From the NCBI GenBank assembly GCA_038240295.1, contig JBBSDW010000001.1:24875-88874 (forward strand): 64,000 nt of DNA, in the 5' to 3' direction. Positions 31,496 through 40,659 of the stretch are shown piece by piece; the first letter of the stretch is position 1, and the number at the start of each line of letters is the position of its first letter. The position numbers and the translations under genes are program-made. Below the pieces are notes generated by a model. It was not told where the DNA came from and made no database searches. It worked only from the letters and a program-made list of their open reading frames with translations. Origin of the DNA: Candidatus Kapaibacterium sp. Lineage in GTDB: Bacteria > Bacteroidota > Ignavibacteria > Palsa-1295.

Positions 31496-32288
31496 TTTCT
31501 GCCTCCGTAAGAAAAATTTCTGATGAACTCACACGTTCGAGTAAGTAGCTGACGTAGGCAGCACGATGCGCATTCACATTTTCAAATCCTGAATCAGCAG
31601 GCAGCCAAACCTCAGGGATCTCGGCAACAATTTGTTCGAGCAATTCTTTGCTTACGATGCCGCGCAAATCAGTATCGGCTTCTTTCAATTGCGAAGCGGA
31701 TTTGAGCAGTACGTGATCTTTGATCTGCGTGAAGGGGCTCTTGCTTTTATCAAGCTCGCCTTTCCATTGGTGATGGAAATAGAGCGATGCACCATGGTCA
31801 ATGAGCCATAGATTCTTGTGCCACATGAGCATATTCGCGTTGCGTGCTGTTCGGTCGACATTCGTTGTGAGCGCATCGAGCCAGACGATCCTGGAAGCGA
31901 TCATCGGGTCGATGTTAGAGTTAGCCTTCGGATCGAAGGTGATCGAGCCTGGAAGGTAATCAAGCGCGAGATTGATGCCGGCGCTTTTTGTCAGAAGTTC
32001 GCGAATTTCGTAATCGGGTTCGTTCCGGCCAAGCGCAGGATCGAGTTCAACGAGCACGATCTCTGGAATACGAAGGCCAATTGCTCGCGCCAGTTCACCG
32101 CTGATGATCTCCGCGATCAGGGCCTTCCTGCCCTGACCCGAACCTGTGAATTTTAGCACATACAATCCATCGTCATCCGCCTCGATGATCGCAGGCAGCG
32201 ACCCGCCTTCGCGAAGAGGCGTGACATACCGAGTAGCTCTAAGTGTGCGTAACATTCCCCAAATATACCGGATGGAACTGACGAACAC
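31473..32288 (-). CDS. HipA-like / atypical protein kinase family protein
   Basis: Kinase-like catalytic loop NVDRTARNANML and metal-binding LIDHGASL (D..N and DxG-like). Gly-rich YVLKFTGSGQGRKALIAE N-lobe. Confidence 0.5.
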   Translation of the reverse strand: MFVSSIRYIWGMLRTLRATRYVTPLREGGSLPAIIEADDDGLYVLKFTGSGQGRKALIAEIISGELARAIGLRIPEIVLVELDPALGRNEPDYEIRELLTKSAGINLALDYLPGSITFDPKANSNIDPMIASRIVWLDALTTNVDRTARNANMLMWHKNLWLIDHGASLYFHHQWKGELDKSKSPFTQIKDHVLLKSASQLKEADTDLRGIVSKELLEQIVAEIPEVWLPADSGFENVNAHRAAYVSYLLERVSSSEIFLTEAENARAKLV

Positions 32289-32320
32289 CTGTGCAGTTGA
32301 TTAATCGCGCTAAAACCCAT

Positions 32321-32422
32321 CGACACCTGACACCCGACACCGGACACCTGACCCCTGACGCCCGACACCTGACGCCCGACACCGGACGCCCGACACCGGA
32401 CGCCCTGCACCCACCCGACACC
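32321..32422. repeat. Heptanucleotide tandem repeat (GACRCCN, ~14 units) in a divergent intergenic region
   Basis: Direct reading gives cgacacct gacaccc gacaccg gacacct gacccct gacgccc gacacct gacgccc gacaccg gacgccc gacaccg gacgccc ... Confidence 0.8.
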
Positions 32423-32522
32423 ATTCAGGCCGCCAAAAAGTTGAATCCCAGACGCTTTTGGCTCGTATGCCATTAAAGCCCTGTACCCGACCTGTCACCG
32501 ACTTTCTTCGCCCAAGTTTTTC

Positions 32523-35243
32523 ATGGCTAAACAGCAGCAACGTACGAACGCGCGCACGCAGCAGGAGCGCAAGACTTCAACCAAATCTTCTTCACGAAGC
32601 CTTGACGACATGCGCAACGGTTTGCGCACTGGCGACCCAGCCGGTCTGCTTCCTGAAAAATGGAAAGACCTGATCTGCATCGTAGTGATCTTCCTTTCGC
32701 TCATTATCTTTTTTGGGAAGGTGCTCGACAAAGAGCATACGTTCAACGCCGGCGATAACGTCGCAAGCGAAAGCTTTAAGCCATTCGTCGAGCAAGCTGC
32801 CAAAGATGGCGTGAGCGTGCCGCAGTGGATACCGAATATTTTTAGCGGCATGCCGGCTTTTGCTGCGCTCGTGGTGACAGGCGAGCGTACGAATGATATC
32901 GTTCACGAAATTTTCGACGTGATCCAGCAACTCCCGATGGCGCTCGCCGGCAACAGTGATGCGATGGCGCAGATCTGGCATTATTTCATCTTGGGACTCG
33001 GCGTGTACCTGCTTCTTCGTGTCGGTAGAAAAACTTCATGGCTGCCAGCGCTTTTTGGTGCCTTCAGCACGATGTTCTCGACGTGGATCATTACCTACGT
33101 CATGATCGGGCACAATACGAAAGTGTTCGCAATCATGACGATGCCCTACATCTTTCTCGCGGTTGAAAAACTTCGCGTCGAAAAACTTGGATGGCGCACC
33201 GCGGTTTTCTGGTCAGCAATCTTAGGAATCGCAGTCCACTTTCTTCTCGAGTCGACGCACATGCAGATGGTGTTCTACATCTTCCTCGCGTTGCTCCTTT
33301 ATTTTATTGTTGGACTTGTCACCGATCTCATTCGGAAATCTGGCGTTGTTAGCACGATTCGCGCTGGGGTGATCGCGCTTTGTATGGTCGGTCTCGCGTT
33401 CGCGATGAGTGCGGACAGATATATGGCTACGCTGGGCTATGAGCCTTATTCGATTCGTGGTTCGGCACCGATCGTCGATACAAAAACGGATGCCGCAAAA
33501 AGTGCATCGAGCACTGCTGGTGTTGATAAGACCGGCGGACTCGATTGGAATTACGCAACGCAATGGTCGTTCTCGCCCGGCGAGATGATCACGTTCATCG
33601 TGCCTGCCTGGTTCGGTTTCGGCAAGCTTCCCTATTCCGGCAGTGAATTGAATGTTCCCGAGGGCACACCGGTCCCAACGTATTGGGGTCAAATGAACGG
33701 CACCGACGCCGCGAATTACACCGGCATCGTGGTGTTCTTCCTCGCGCTAATCGGCATTGTCGTGCTCTGGAAACGAGACCGGCTCGTACCCGCTCTTGCG
33801 ATCATTAGTCTCTTCGCGCTGATATTATCCTTTGGGGGCAACCTGCCGATTCTGTTCGGGCCGATGTTCCATGCTTTCCCGATGTTCGATAAATTTCGAG
33901 CGCCGATGATGGCGCTCGTTTTGATGCAGCTAAGCTTCCCGATCATTGCTGCACTGATGCTTGAAGAGGTCTATCGCGTTTGGAAAAACCGCGACCGAGT
34001 GGAGGGTCTGCAGCTTGAGAAATATTTCAAGTACGCCATGATCGTCGCTGGCGCACTCCTTGTCATCTTCCTTGTTGGCCGTGGCGGATTCGAAGGTTCG
34101 ATCAAATCGAGTATTGCGAAGAGCGGCAAACCTTACGTATCGACTGTCGCTGCGCTGAGCGACCTCGCGGCTTCTACGGCTATGAATGACGCGATGATCT
34201 GCATGTTCATCGCTGCGCTTGCTTGCGGATTGATCTGGTGGTTCGTAAAAAAGCAGTCGATCTCACCGCTTATTCTGGGGCTTGCTATCCTCCTACTTAC
34301 TGTGATCGATCTCTGGCGCGTCGATAGCCGTCCGTTCGATGTAACGACCAAAGCAGACTACGAGAACAATTTCAAAGATCACGATTACGATCAGTTTATC
34401 AAACAGGATAAATCGCTCTATCGCGTGATCGATATGAACGAACCGATGTCGAACGTGCCGGTAAGTTATGGTTTCCAGACAATCGCTGGTTATCATGCGG
34501 CGAAGATGCGTGAATATCAGGACGTCGTTGATATCACGGGAGACGGCGGCGGCAATGCGATCGTCAATCCGATCATGTGGAATTTGCTGAACACGAAATA
34601 CATTATCGCGAACGGTGCCGTCTCGCAGGATCAACAGCGGTTTGTACCTGTTTTCCAATCGCGTGAGCCTGCTGCTGCTGGACAAGACGGAAAGCCAGGC
34701 CAGGCGACACTCGTCTGGATGAATCCGCAGGCATTGCCACGCGTGCTTCTCGTACCCAAATATGAGATTCACGCTCCGCTTGATATTCTTCATGCGATGC
34801 ACGATGGCACCTTCGATCCACGACAGACGGTGATGTTCGATAAAGAACCAGCGGGACTCGGCACCCTGCCGGGTACGCCCATCGATACGACAAAAGAGCG
34901 CGCCGTCGTGACGAGCTACAAGAACGAATCGGTCGAGATCAAAGCAACCGCTGCGACAGATCGACTCATGTTCATGTCCGACACCTGGTATCCGGACTGG
35001 AGTGCCACCATCGACGGAAAGCCAACCACGATCTACAAAGCCGATTATGCTTTCCGCGCAGTGAAAGTACCTGCGGGCGATCACACGATCAAATTCACGT
35101 TCGAAGATCCGCGATACGCCACTGGCAAAGCGATCTCTCTAACCGCAAACATCCTCGCGATCGTAGGACTCATTGCAGGTCTCGGAAGCGTCCTAACCGG
35201 ACGCAAGAAGAAAGAAGTAGTCGTCGAAGACGAGATAGTTTAA
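32523..35243 (+). CDS. Large polytopic membrane protein, YfhO-family-like (putative glycosyltransferase / membrane-embedded glycan modifier)
   Basis: 906 aa, about 13 predicted TM helices in the first ~600 aa, then a soluble C-terminal domain and a final TM helix. Resembles YfhO-family proteins of Bacteroidota. The true start may be the internal MRNGLRT. Confidence 0.45.
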   Translation: MAKQQQRTNARTQQERKTSTKSSSRSLDDMRNGLRTGDPAGLLPEKWKDLICIVVIFLSLIIFFGKVLDKEHTFNAGDNVASESFKPFVEQAAKDGVSVPQWIPNIFSGMPAFAALVVTGERTNDIVHEIFDVIQQLPMALAGNSDAMAQIWHYFILGLGVYLLLRVGRKTSWLPALFGAFSTMFSTWIITYVMIGHNTKVFAIMTMPYIFLAVEKLRVEKLGWRTAVFWSAILGIAVHFLLESTHMQMVFYIFLALLLYFIVGLVTDLIRKSGVVSTIRAGVIALCMVGLAFAMSADRYMATLGYEPYSIRGSAPIVDTKTDAAKSASSTAGVDKTGGLDWNYATQWSFSPGEMITFIVPAWFGFGKLPYSGSELNVPEGTPVPTYWGQMNGTDAANYTGIVVFFLALIGIVVLWKRDRLVPALAIISLFALILSFGGNLPILFGPMFHAFPMFDKFRAPMMALVLMQLSFPIIAALMLEEVYRVWKNRDRVEGLQLEKYFKYAMIVAGALLVIFLVGRGGFEGSIKSSIAKSGKPYVSTVAALSDLAASTAMNDAMICMFIAALACGLIWWFVKKQSISPLILGLAILLLTVIDLWRVDSRPFDVTTKADYENNFKDHDYDQFIKQDKSLYRVIDMNEPMSNVPVSYGFQTIAGYHAAKMREYQDVVDITGDGGGNAIVNPIMWNLLNTKYIIANGAVSQDQQRFVPVFQSREPAAAGQDGKPGQATLVWMNPQALPRVLLVPKYEIHAPLDILHAMHDGTFDPRQTVMFDKEPAGLGTLPGTPIDTTKERAVVTSYKNESVEIKATAATDRLMFMSDTWYPDWSATIDGKPTTIYKADYAFRAVKVPAGDHTIKFTFEDPRYATGKAISLTANILAIVGLIAGLGSVLTGRKKKEVVVEDEIV

Positions 35244-35308
35244 TTTAAGACTTTAGCGCTGCCTATATTGGTGCCCACATTCATGGGCACCTTACGGACA
35301 CGTGCAAT

Positions 35309-35360
35309 CCCCCCGCCTCTGAAAGAGGAGGGGGTTAGGGGGTGGTGTGGTTGGGGCAGC
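35309..35360. repeat. Left ~45 bp inverted repeat flanking the DUF559 gene; contains a hairpin
   Basis: cctctgaaagaggagggggttagggggtggtgtggttggggcagc. Its reverse complement is found at 35828-35880 (cctctgaaagaggagggggttgggggtggtgtagttggggctgcc). Confidence 0.75.
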
Positions 35361-35379
35361 ACAATATTTGGATTAGCAG

Positions 35380-35805
35380 ATGCGAACATTCAATAGAGAA
35401 GAATTCAAGGATCTTCGCAAATCATTGCGAAACGATGCAACATTTGCGGAGCGCATTTTCTGGTATTCCTTGCGTGGCGCGCAGTTGGATGGTCGAAAGT
35501 TTCGAAGACAGCATGGCATCTTGAATTTCACTGTAGATTTTTATTGTCCAGAAGAGAAGCTGGTGATCGAGTTGGATGGCGACGTGCATGATCTTGAGGA
35601 GGTCGCTGCGTACGATGCGCCAAGGCAGCAGGTTCTGGAACGCATGGGTTGCAAGGTCTTGCGCTTCAAGAACAATGACGTTATCGAGCGAAGCGATGAG
35701 GTGATCGCGACGATCAAACAAACTTGGCAGGGACGCGAGCGCGAGTCTGTTAGGACTACACGAGTACGATCGCGGCGAGTGCGAGACTCAGGCGATTCGG
35801 GATAA
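35380..35805 (+). CDS. DUF559 endonuclease-domain protein (Vsr/PD-(D/E)xK-like)
   Basis: FRRQHGILNFTVDFYCPEEKLVIELDGDVHD...RFKNNDV matches the DUF559 signature. Confidence 0.75.
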   Translation: MRTFNREEFKDLRKSLRNDATFAERIFWYSLRGAQLDGRKFRRQHGILNFTVDFYCPEEKLVIELDGDVHDLEEVAAYDAPRQQVLERMGCKVLRFKNNDVIERSDEVIATIKQTWQGRERESVRTTRVRSRRVRDSGDSG

Positions 35806-35827
35806 TTCGGCAGCCATTGAAATTATT

Positions 35828-35880
35828 CGGCAGCCCCAACTACACCACCCCCAACCCCCTCCTCTTTCAGAGGATGGGGC
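35828..35880. repeat. Right inverted repeat of the DUF559 cassette; doubles as a bidirectional terminator hairpin followed by a T-run
   Basis: ccccaactacaccacccccaaccccctcctctttcagagg followed by atggggcttttttattt. Confidence 0.75.
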
Positions 35881-35888
35881 TTTTTTAT

Positions 35889-36665
35889 TTAAATGCGGCG
35901 CACCACCGTCGCGCTCGCTTGCGCCGTTGGAAAAATGATCATCTCCGCGATCTGAACATGCGCCGGCCGGCCTACTGACCAGATGATCGCATCTGCGATA
36001 TCCTCCGGCGAGAGCGGTGTAAAACCTTGATATACTTTTTCCGCTCGCTCGGTATCGCCGTGGAAACGTACCTCGGAAAATTCTGTCTCGACCAACCCAG
36101 GATCGATCGTCGTTACGCGAATCGCTGTCTCAACAAGATCAAGCCGCAAGCCTTTCGTGATCGCATCGACTGCATACTTCGAAGCACAATACACATTGCC
36201 CTTTGGATAGACTTCATGTCCTGCGATCGAGCCGATGTTCACAACGTGTCCCCGATTGCGCAAAACCATCCCAGGCACTACAGCCCGCGTTACGAAAAGC
36301 AAGCCCTTCACGTTCGTGTCGAGCATTTCTTCCCAATCTTCGATGTCCCCTTCCTGCAGCTTATCGAGTCCACGTGAGAGGCCTGCGTTGTTTACGAGGA
36401 TATCGATTTCGCGCTGAGCGACAGGCAGGTGCGCGAGTTGTGCAACAACAGCATCCCTATCGCGCACGTCAAGCTCGAAGACGTGAATTTCGGACTTCGG
36501 AAATTCATCCGTGAGTTCAGCCTTCAGTGCATGCAGTCGTTCGATGCGGCGGGCGCATAGAAGAAGCCTCGCTCCTTGTTTCGCAAATTCACGAGCTGTC
36601 GCACGACCGATGCCGCTTGAGGCGCCGGTGATGAAGACGAGTTTATTGGCCAGAGAGAGTGACAA
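35889..36665 (-). CDS. SDR-family NAD(P)-dependent oxidoreductase
   Basis: TGASSGIG cofactor motif, NNAG, and the catalytic YCASK. Confidence 0.9.
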   Translation of the reverse strand: MSLSLANKLVFITGASSGIGRATAREFAKQGARLLLCARRIERLHALKAELTDEFPKSEIHVFELDVRDRDAVVAQLAHLPVAQREIDILVNNAGLSRGLDKLQEGDIEDWEEMLDTNVKGLLFVTRAVVPGMVLRNRGHVVNIGSIAGHEVYPKGNVYCASKYAVDAITKGLRLDLVETAIRVTTIDPGLVETEFSEVRFHGDTERAEKVYQGFTPLSPEDIADAIIWSVGRPAHVQIAEMIIFPTAQASATVVRRI

Positions 36666-36674
36666 GGTAGGCGT

Positions 36675-37097
36675 TTATTGGTTTGATTGGCGGAAAGCTT
36701 CTGGAGTCAATAGCGCAAGCATTTCACGAGGACGGAGAATCCCGATTGCATTGCCAACATCGACCGTCAGCAGATCTTTATCACCCGTTACGAGAAATGT
36801 TGCAGCGCTCTTTATTGCCGCAGCAAGGATAAGAACATCATTGGGGTCGCGAACAACAAACTGAACTTCGAAAGGAGGTAGAATTATCTCCCACGAACGG
36901 GACAATGCTGCAAGGAACACTTCAACATCCTCTGGTTGCGCATAAACTTTCGCGATCAGGACCCTTCGGGTTTTGACAAGGATTTGATCGCTTACAATTA
37001 TCCGGTGACTCGTAACCAGATAGTGGACCAATGCACGCGAAACTCCATTTGTGGCGAACGCGGAGATGAGTACATTTGCATCTATAAAAATTTTCAA
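36675..37097 (-). CDS. PIN-domain ribonuclease toxin (VapC-like)
   Basis: MKIFIDANVLISA...LVTGDKDLL, conserved acidic PIN residues. Confidence 0.7.
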   Translation of the reverse strand: MKIFIDANVLISAFATNGVSRALVHYLVTSHRIIVSDQILVKTRRVLIAKVYAQPEDVEVFLAALSRSWEIILPPFEVQFVVRDPNDVLILAAAIKSAATFLVTGDKDLLTVDVGNAIGILRPREMLALLTPEAFRQSNQ

Positions 37098-37327
37098 GAT
37101 ACTTCGTTGAAGATATCCTCATCAGTCAAGTAACCCTTCTCGCGCGCAAGTGGGGTTATATAGTCCTCAAATTCCTTGATTTTTTTGAGCAGCAGCTGTC
37201 TTCGTAGAAGATCATTGACGATCTCGGTCGTGCCTCTATGCTCGACACTGCTTTCCTCTTCCAGCAGCGCAAATAAGTCAGGCTCAATGATCACCGTATG
37301 TTGGATATCCGTTTGGCGTGTACTCAT
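37094..37327 (-). CDS. Putative antitoxin partner of the PIN toxin (78 aa)
   Basis: Small acidic ORF overlapping the PIN gene start by 4 bp. The internal Met was chosen because the upstream part of the ORF is a degenerate duplicate of the hmgA 3' end. Confidence 0.4.
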   Translation of the reverse strand: MSTRQTDIQHTVIIEPDLFALLEEESSVEHRGTTEIVNDLLRRQLLLKKIKEFEDYITPLAREKGYLTDEDIFNEVS

Positions 37328-37648
37328 ACTCGTTACTACAAAACAGAAATACGGAAAGTTTATTCTTACGTTTTCGAACCCTCTTTCTTCTCCTCCCAGC
37401 TTCCCCAGTGTTTTTCCACTCTGCGACTTCTCGGCTGGCAGGACGATCGTGAGCGGCTGGCAACAGCAGCCTTTCTCATGCGTTAGCAATCGCGTGCTGG
37501 GCGGCATTAGCCTTGTTCGATCATAAAAGACTTTTATCTGCTCCATACAAGTTCTCCCTTTTTGATTCCATCAGTCAGGTAGGCTGGTATGAAAAAGCCG
37601 ACACCGTTCAAACGCTTTATGACCGAACAAACGAAGTGTTTCGAATTT

Positions 37649-38791
37649 TTACTTCGGCTGGGTTTCCTCTTTCTTCTCCTCCCAGCTTCCCCAGTATTCT
37701 TTCCACTCTGCGGCCTCGGCGGCGGGGGCGATCGTGAGAGGGTGTCGGGCGTCGATCATCATGGCCATTTCGTTCGTGCGCTTCAGGTTGTTTTGATTGC
37801 GCAGTGCCTTCGGATGCGGGCCGTGATGGATGCCTTGCGGGTGGAGCGTCATCATTGCCGCTTCGATGTTGTCGCGTGAGAAGAAATCGCCGTCGTGATA
37901 AAACAGCACTTCATCGTAGTCGGTGTTGCGATGGTAGAACGGCACCTTCAACGTGTCCTGATCCTCTTCGATGGGACGCGGCAAGAATGAGCAGACGACA
38001 AAATTCTCGGCCATGAACGTGGTGTGTACCGGCGGCGGAAGATGCACTCGTGGCGAGATGACTGGACGGATATCGCGCATGTTGATCTTGAACACTGTCA
38101 AGTCGCCGCGCCAGCCGACGATGTCGATCGGATTATAGGGATAGAAGATCGAGGTCCACTCACCCAGGCGCTTGATGCGGATCTCGTATTCTTTGCCGTT
38201 CGGGCCAGGGTCAACATATTCCGTGAACTCAGGTATCGTAAGTGCACCGTTATCATACAGTGCGTGCATACCAATGAGCCCCTTCTGCTCAGGCGTCGGC
38301 GGAAGTATCTCGGAATGCGCTTCGACGTGGACGAAAAAATTATCGGTCGTCGTCGGGACGAATCGATACGTTGTCGCGCGAGGTATGACGATGTAATCGC
38401 CCTTCTCGAAATCGAGCACACCAAAATCTGTTTCGAGTTTTCCTTCGCCTTGATGCACGAAATAGAGTTCGTCACCATCGGCATTGCGATAATAGGCTGG
38501 CGATGCCTCCGAGCGACGCGAGATCGAGATGATCAGATCGTCGTTATAAAGGATCGGGATCGACCATCCATTCTTATCCTTCAGATCGGTCGGTTCGACC
38601 TTGTTGAGATAGAACGCATGCGGTCGAAGCTTCCCCTCGATGCGTGTCCAGCTCGTGGGTGGATGTGCGTGGTAGAGATGCGACACGCGTCCAAAAAATC
38701 CTTCGCGGCCGTGCTCTTCCTCGAATGTACCTTCGGGCAAAGCTACGTGCGGCTGCCGCGTCGCGCGGCCTTTCATGATCGGAAAATTCAT
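37649..38791 (-). CDS. hmgA: Homogentisate 1,2-dioxygenase
   Basis: AYYRNADGDELYFVHQGEG and PFYHRNTDYDEVLFYHDG...HPQGIHHGPHP align with HGD motifs (FYNSDGDFLIVPQKG; PPYYHRN...HGPD). Confidence 0.8.
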   Translation of the reverse strand: MNFPIMKGRATRQPHVALPEGTFEEEHGREGFFGRVSHLYHAHPPTSWTRIEGKLRPHAFYLNKVEPTDLKDKNGWSIPILYNDDLIISISRRSEASPAYYRNADGDELYFVHQGEGKLETDFGVLDFEKGDYIVIPRATTYRFVPTTTDNFFVHVEAHSEILPPTPEQKGLIGMHALYDNGALTIPEFTEYVDPGPNGKEYEIRIKRLGEWTSIFYPYNPIDIVGWRGDLTVFKINMRDIRPVISPRVHLPPPVHTTFMAENFVVCSFLPRPIEEDQDTLKVPFYHRNTDYDEVLFYHDGDFFSRDNIEAAMMTLHPQGIHHGPHPKALRNQNNLKRTNEMAMMIDARHPLTIAPAAEAAEWKEYWGSWEEKKEETQPK

Positions 38792-38878
38792 ACGCTTCCT
38801 TATATAGGTGATGATCGCTTATGCAAACTTCACTTCGCCCTCTTTGGATTCGTATGTTTGAACTTCGAACATCATCTT

Positions 38879-39235
38879 ATGGATCTCGAATCAATTCGAT
38901 CATTTTGCCTGAGCTTGCCCGGAGCGACCGAGCAAATTCAATGGGAGTCCGACCTTCTTTTTAAAGTTGGCGGAAAGATGTTTGTCGTTACTGGACTTGA
39001 TGCGAGGTTCCGCCATTCCCTCAAATGCACGGCAGAAAACTTCGGAGAGCTCGTCGAACGAGAGGACATTGTTCCGGCGCCGTATCTCGCAAAACACACT
39101 TGGGTCGTGCTGCGATCGGAGAAAGCCGTTACCACCAACGAGCTAAAGATTCTGATCCGCGAAAGTTACGCCCTCGTGTTCGCGACGCTTCCGAAAAAAG
39201 CAAGGCTCGCAATCGACTCCGAGGCTCAGAGCTAA
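38879..39235 (+). CDS. MmcQ/YjbR-family protein
   Basis: 118 aa C-terminal portion of a long ORF. The upstream part of that ORF is antisense to hmgA and is discarded. Confidence 0.5.
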   Translation: MDLESIRSFCLSLPGATEQIQWESDLLFKVGGKMFVVTGLDARFRHSLKCTAENFGELVEREDIVPAPYLAKHTWVVLRSEKAVTTNELKILIRESYALVFATLPKKARLAIDSEAQS

Positions 39236-40659
39236 GCTGGGATCGCTTCGTGAACTATGCCTTCTTCTTCCACCTTATGCACCAGCCGATCCTCGGCACT
39301 TATCAATTTCTTTTTCTTCCAATCACCTCGCGCATAGACGACGATCGCAAGGATGGCGGTCAGAACATACGATAGCGGGAATGCCCACCACACGCCGACA
39401 ATGCCCATCGACTTCGACATGATATAGGCGGGTGGAAAAAGAAAGATCCACATCGAGATGAGCGTCAACACCATCGCCATCATCATACTGCCCGCCGCAC
39501 GGAGAACCCCGACGAGTGCCATCTGCACTCCAATAAATCCCCATGACAGGCACATGATGCGGATGAATACACTCGCATCGGTGATCACAGCTTGATCTTC
39601 AGGCACGAAGAACGCAACGATCTCCGGTGCGCCGAAATATGCGATAACTCCGAGCACAGATAATCCACCAAAGGATAAGATAGCACCTAATCTCCCGATC
39701 CTGCCGGCACGTTCGATATTTCCGGCACCAAGATTTTGACCGACGAGTGTCGAGACAGCCATCGAAACTCCCATCGCAAGGATGATGACGACTTGCAAGA
39801 AATTTCCTGCGACGCCATAGGTGGCGATAGCTATGGTACCGAACCCCGTGATAAGGAACGTCATCACCATCAGGCCAAGTGACCGTGCCGACATTTCGAT
39901 CGAAGCCGGAAATCCAAGCAGGAATGCTCGCTTGATATACGCCCAGTCGGGACGAAGATCGCGAAGATGCAGTGTGACTCCGTATTTGCCTTTGACGAGT
40001 ACCACGAGCCCGATGATCGCTGCAAGGCTTTGCGTGCCGAGTGTAGCCATCGCAGCGCCCGTGACACCATACCCGTGGATCGGTCCGGCTCCAAAAATGA
40101 AGAGCGGATCCAAAGCAAAATTGAGCGCGACCGTCCCCATCACGATATACACAGGCAGCGTCGCCTCTCCGACGCCGCGCAACAGCGACTGGAACATGAA
40201 GAAAAAAAAGTTGAAGACCATGCCGACAAACGACACACGCATAAACCCAAGCGCACCGTTATAAACCTGCGGACTCACGCCCATCGCATGCAGGAACATC
40301 GGCGTGACAAAATAGCCGATGATCCCGATCAGGACGGAGATGATGAAGATCATGAGCAGCGTTTGCCCCGCGACATGATCGACCATCTCGAGATTCCGCG
40401 CACCGACATACTGCGCGACGAGCGTTGTGCCGGCCATCGCCAGTCCGATCGCAAAGGCCATACTCAAAAAAGCGACCGGCATCGAAATCGCAACCGCTGC
40501 AACCGCATCACCGCCCAACCGCCCGACCCAAAACGCGTCGATCAATTGATAGCCGGCCTGCAGAATATTCGACGCAATGATAGGCACCGACAGTCGCAAC
40601 AGCGACCGCATGATCGGTCCTTCAAGTAACTGCTTCGACCGAATATCTCTCTGCGACAT
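39232..40659 (-). CDS. MATE-family multidrug/toxic-compound efflux transporter
   Basis: 12-TM protein with the N-terminal LLRLSVPIIASNILQAGYQLIDAFWVGRLG MATE motif. Confidence 0.9.
   Translation of the reverse strand: MSQRDIRSKQLLEGPIMRSLLRLSVPIIASNILQAGYQLIDAFWVGRLGGDAVAAVAISMPVAFLSMAFAIGLAMAGTTLVAQYVGARNLEMVDHVAGQTLLMIFIISVLIGIIGYFVTPMFLHAMGVSPQVYNGALGFMRVSFVGMVFNFFFFMFQSLLRGVGEATLPVYIVMGTVALNFALDPLFIFGAGPIHGYGVTGAAMATLGTQSLAAIIGLVVLVKGKYGVTLHLRDLRPDWAYIKRAFLLGFPASIEMSARSLGLMVMTFLITGFGTIAIATYGVAGNFLQVVIILAMGVSMAVSTLVGQNLGAGNIERAGRIGRLGAILSFGGLSVLGVIAYFGAPEIVAFFVPEDQAVITDASVFIRIMCLSWGFIGVQMALVGVLRAAGSMMMAMVLTLISMWIFLFPPAYIMSKSMGIVGVWWAFPLSYVLTAILAIVVYARGDWKKKKLISAEDRLVHKVEEEGIVHEAIPA

Noticed and set aside
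32153-32540. Several overlapping ORFs on both strands (61-106 aa)
   Set aside because: They are produced by the heptamer tandem repeat, giving repetitive R/V/S/G peptides in every frame. This is not coding.
38024-38878. N-terminal 285 aa of the 403-aa plus-strand ORF
   Set aside because: It is entirely antisense to hmgA and has no domain signature. Only the C-terminal MmcQ/YjbR-like part (from ATG 38879) is kept.
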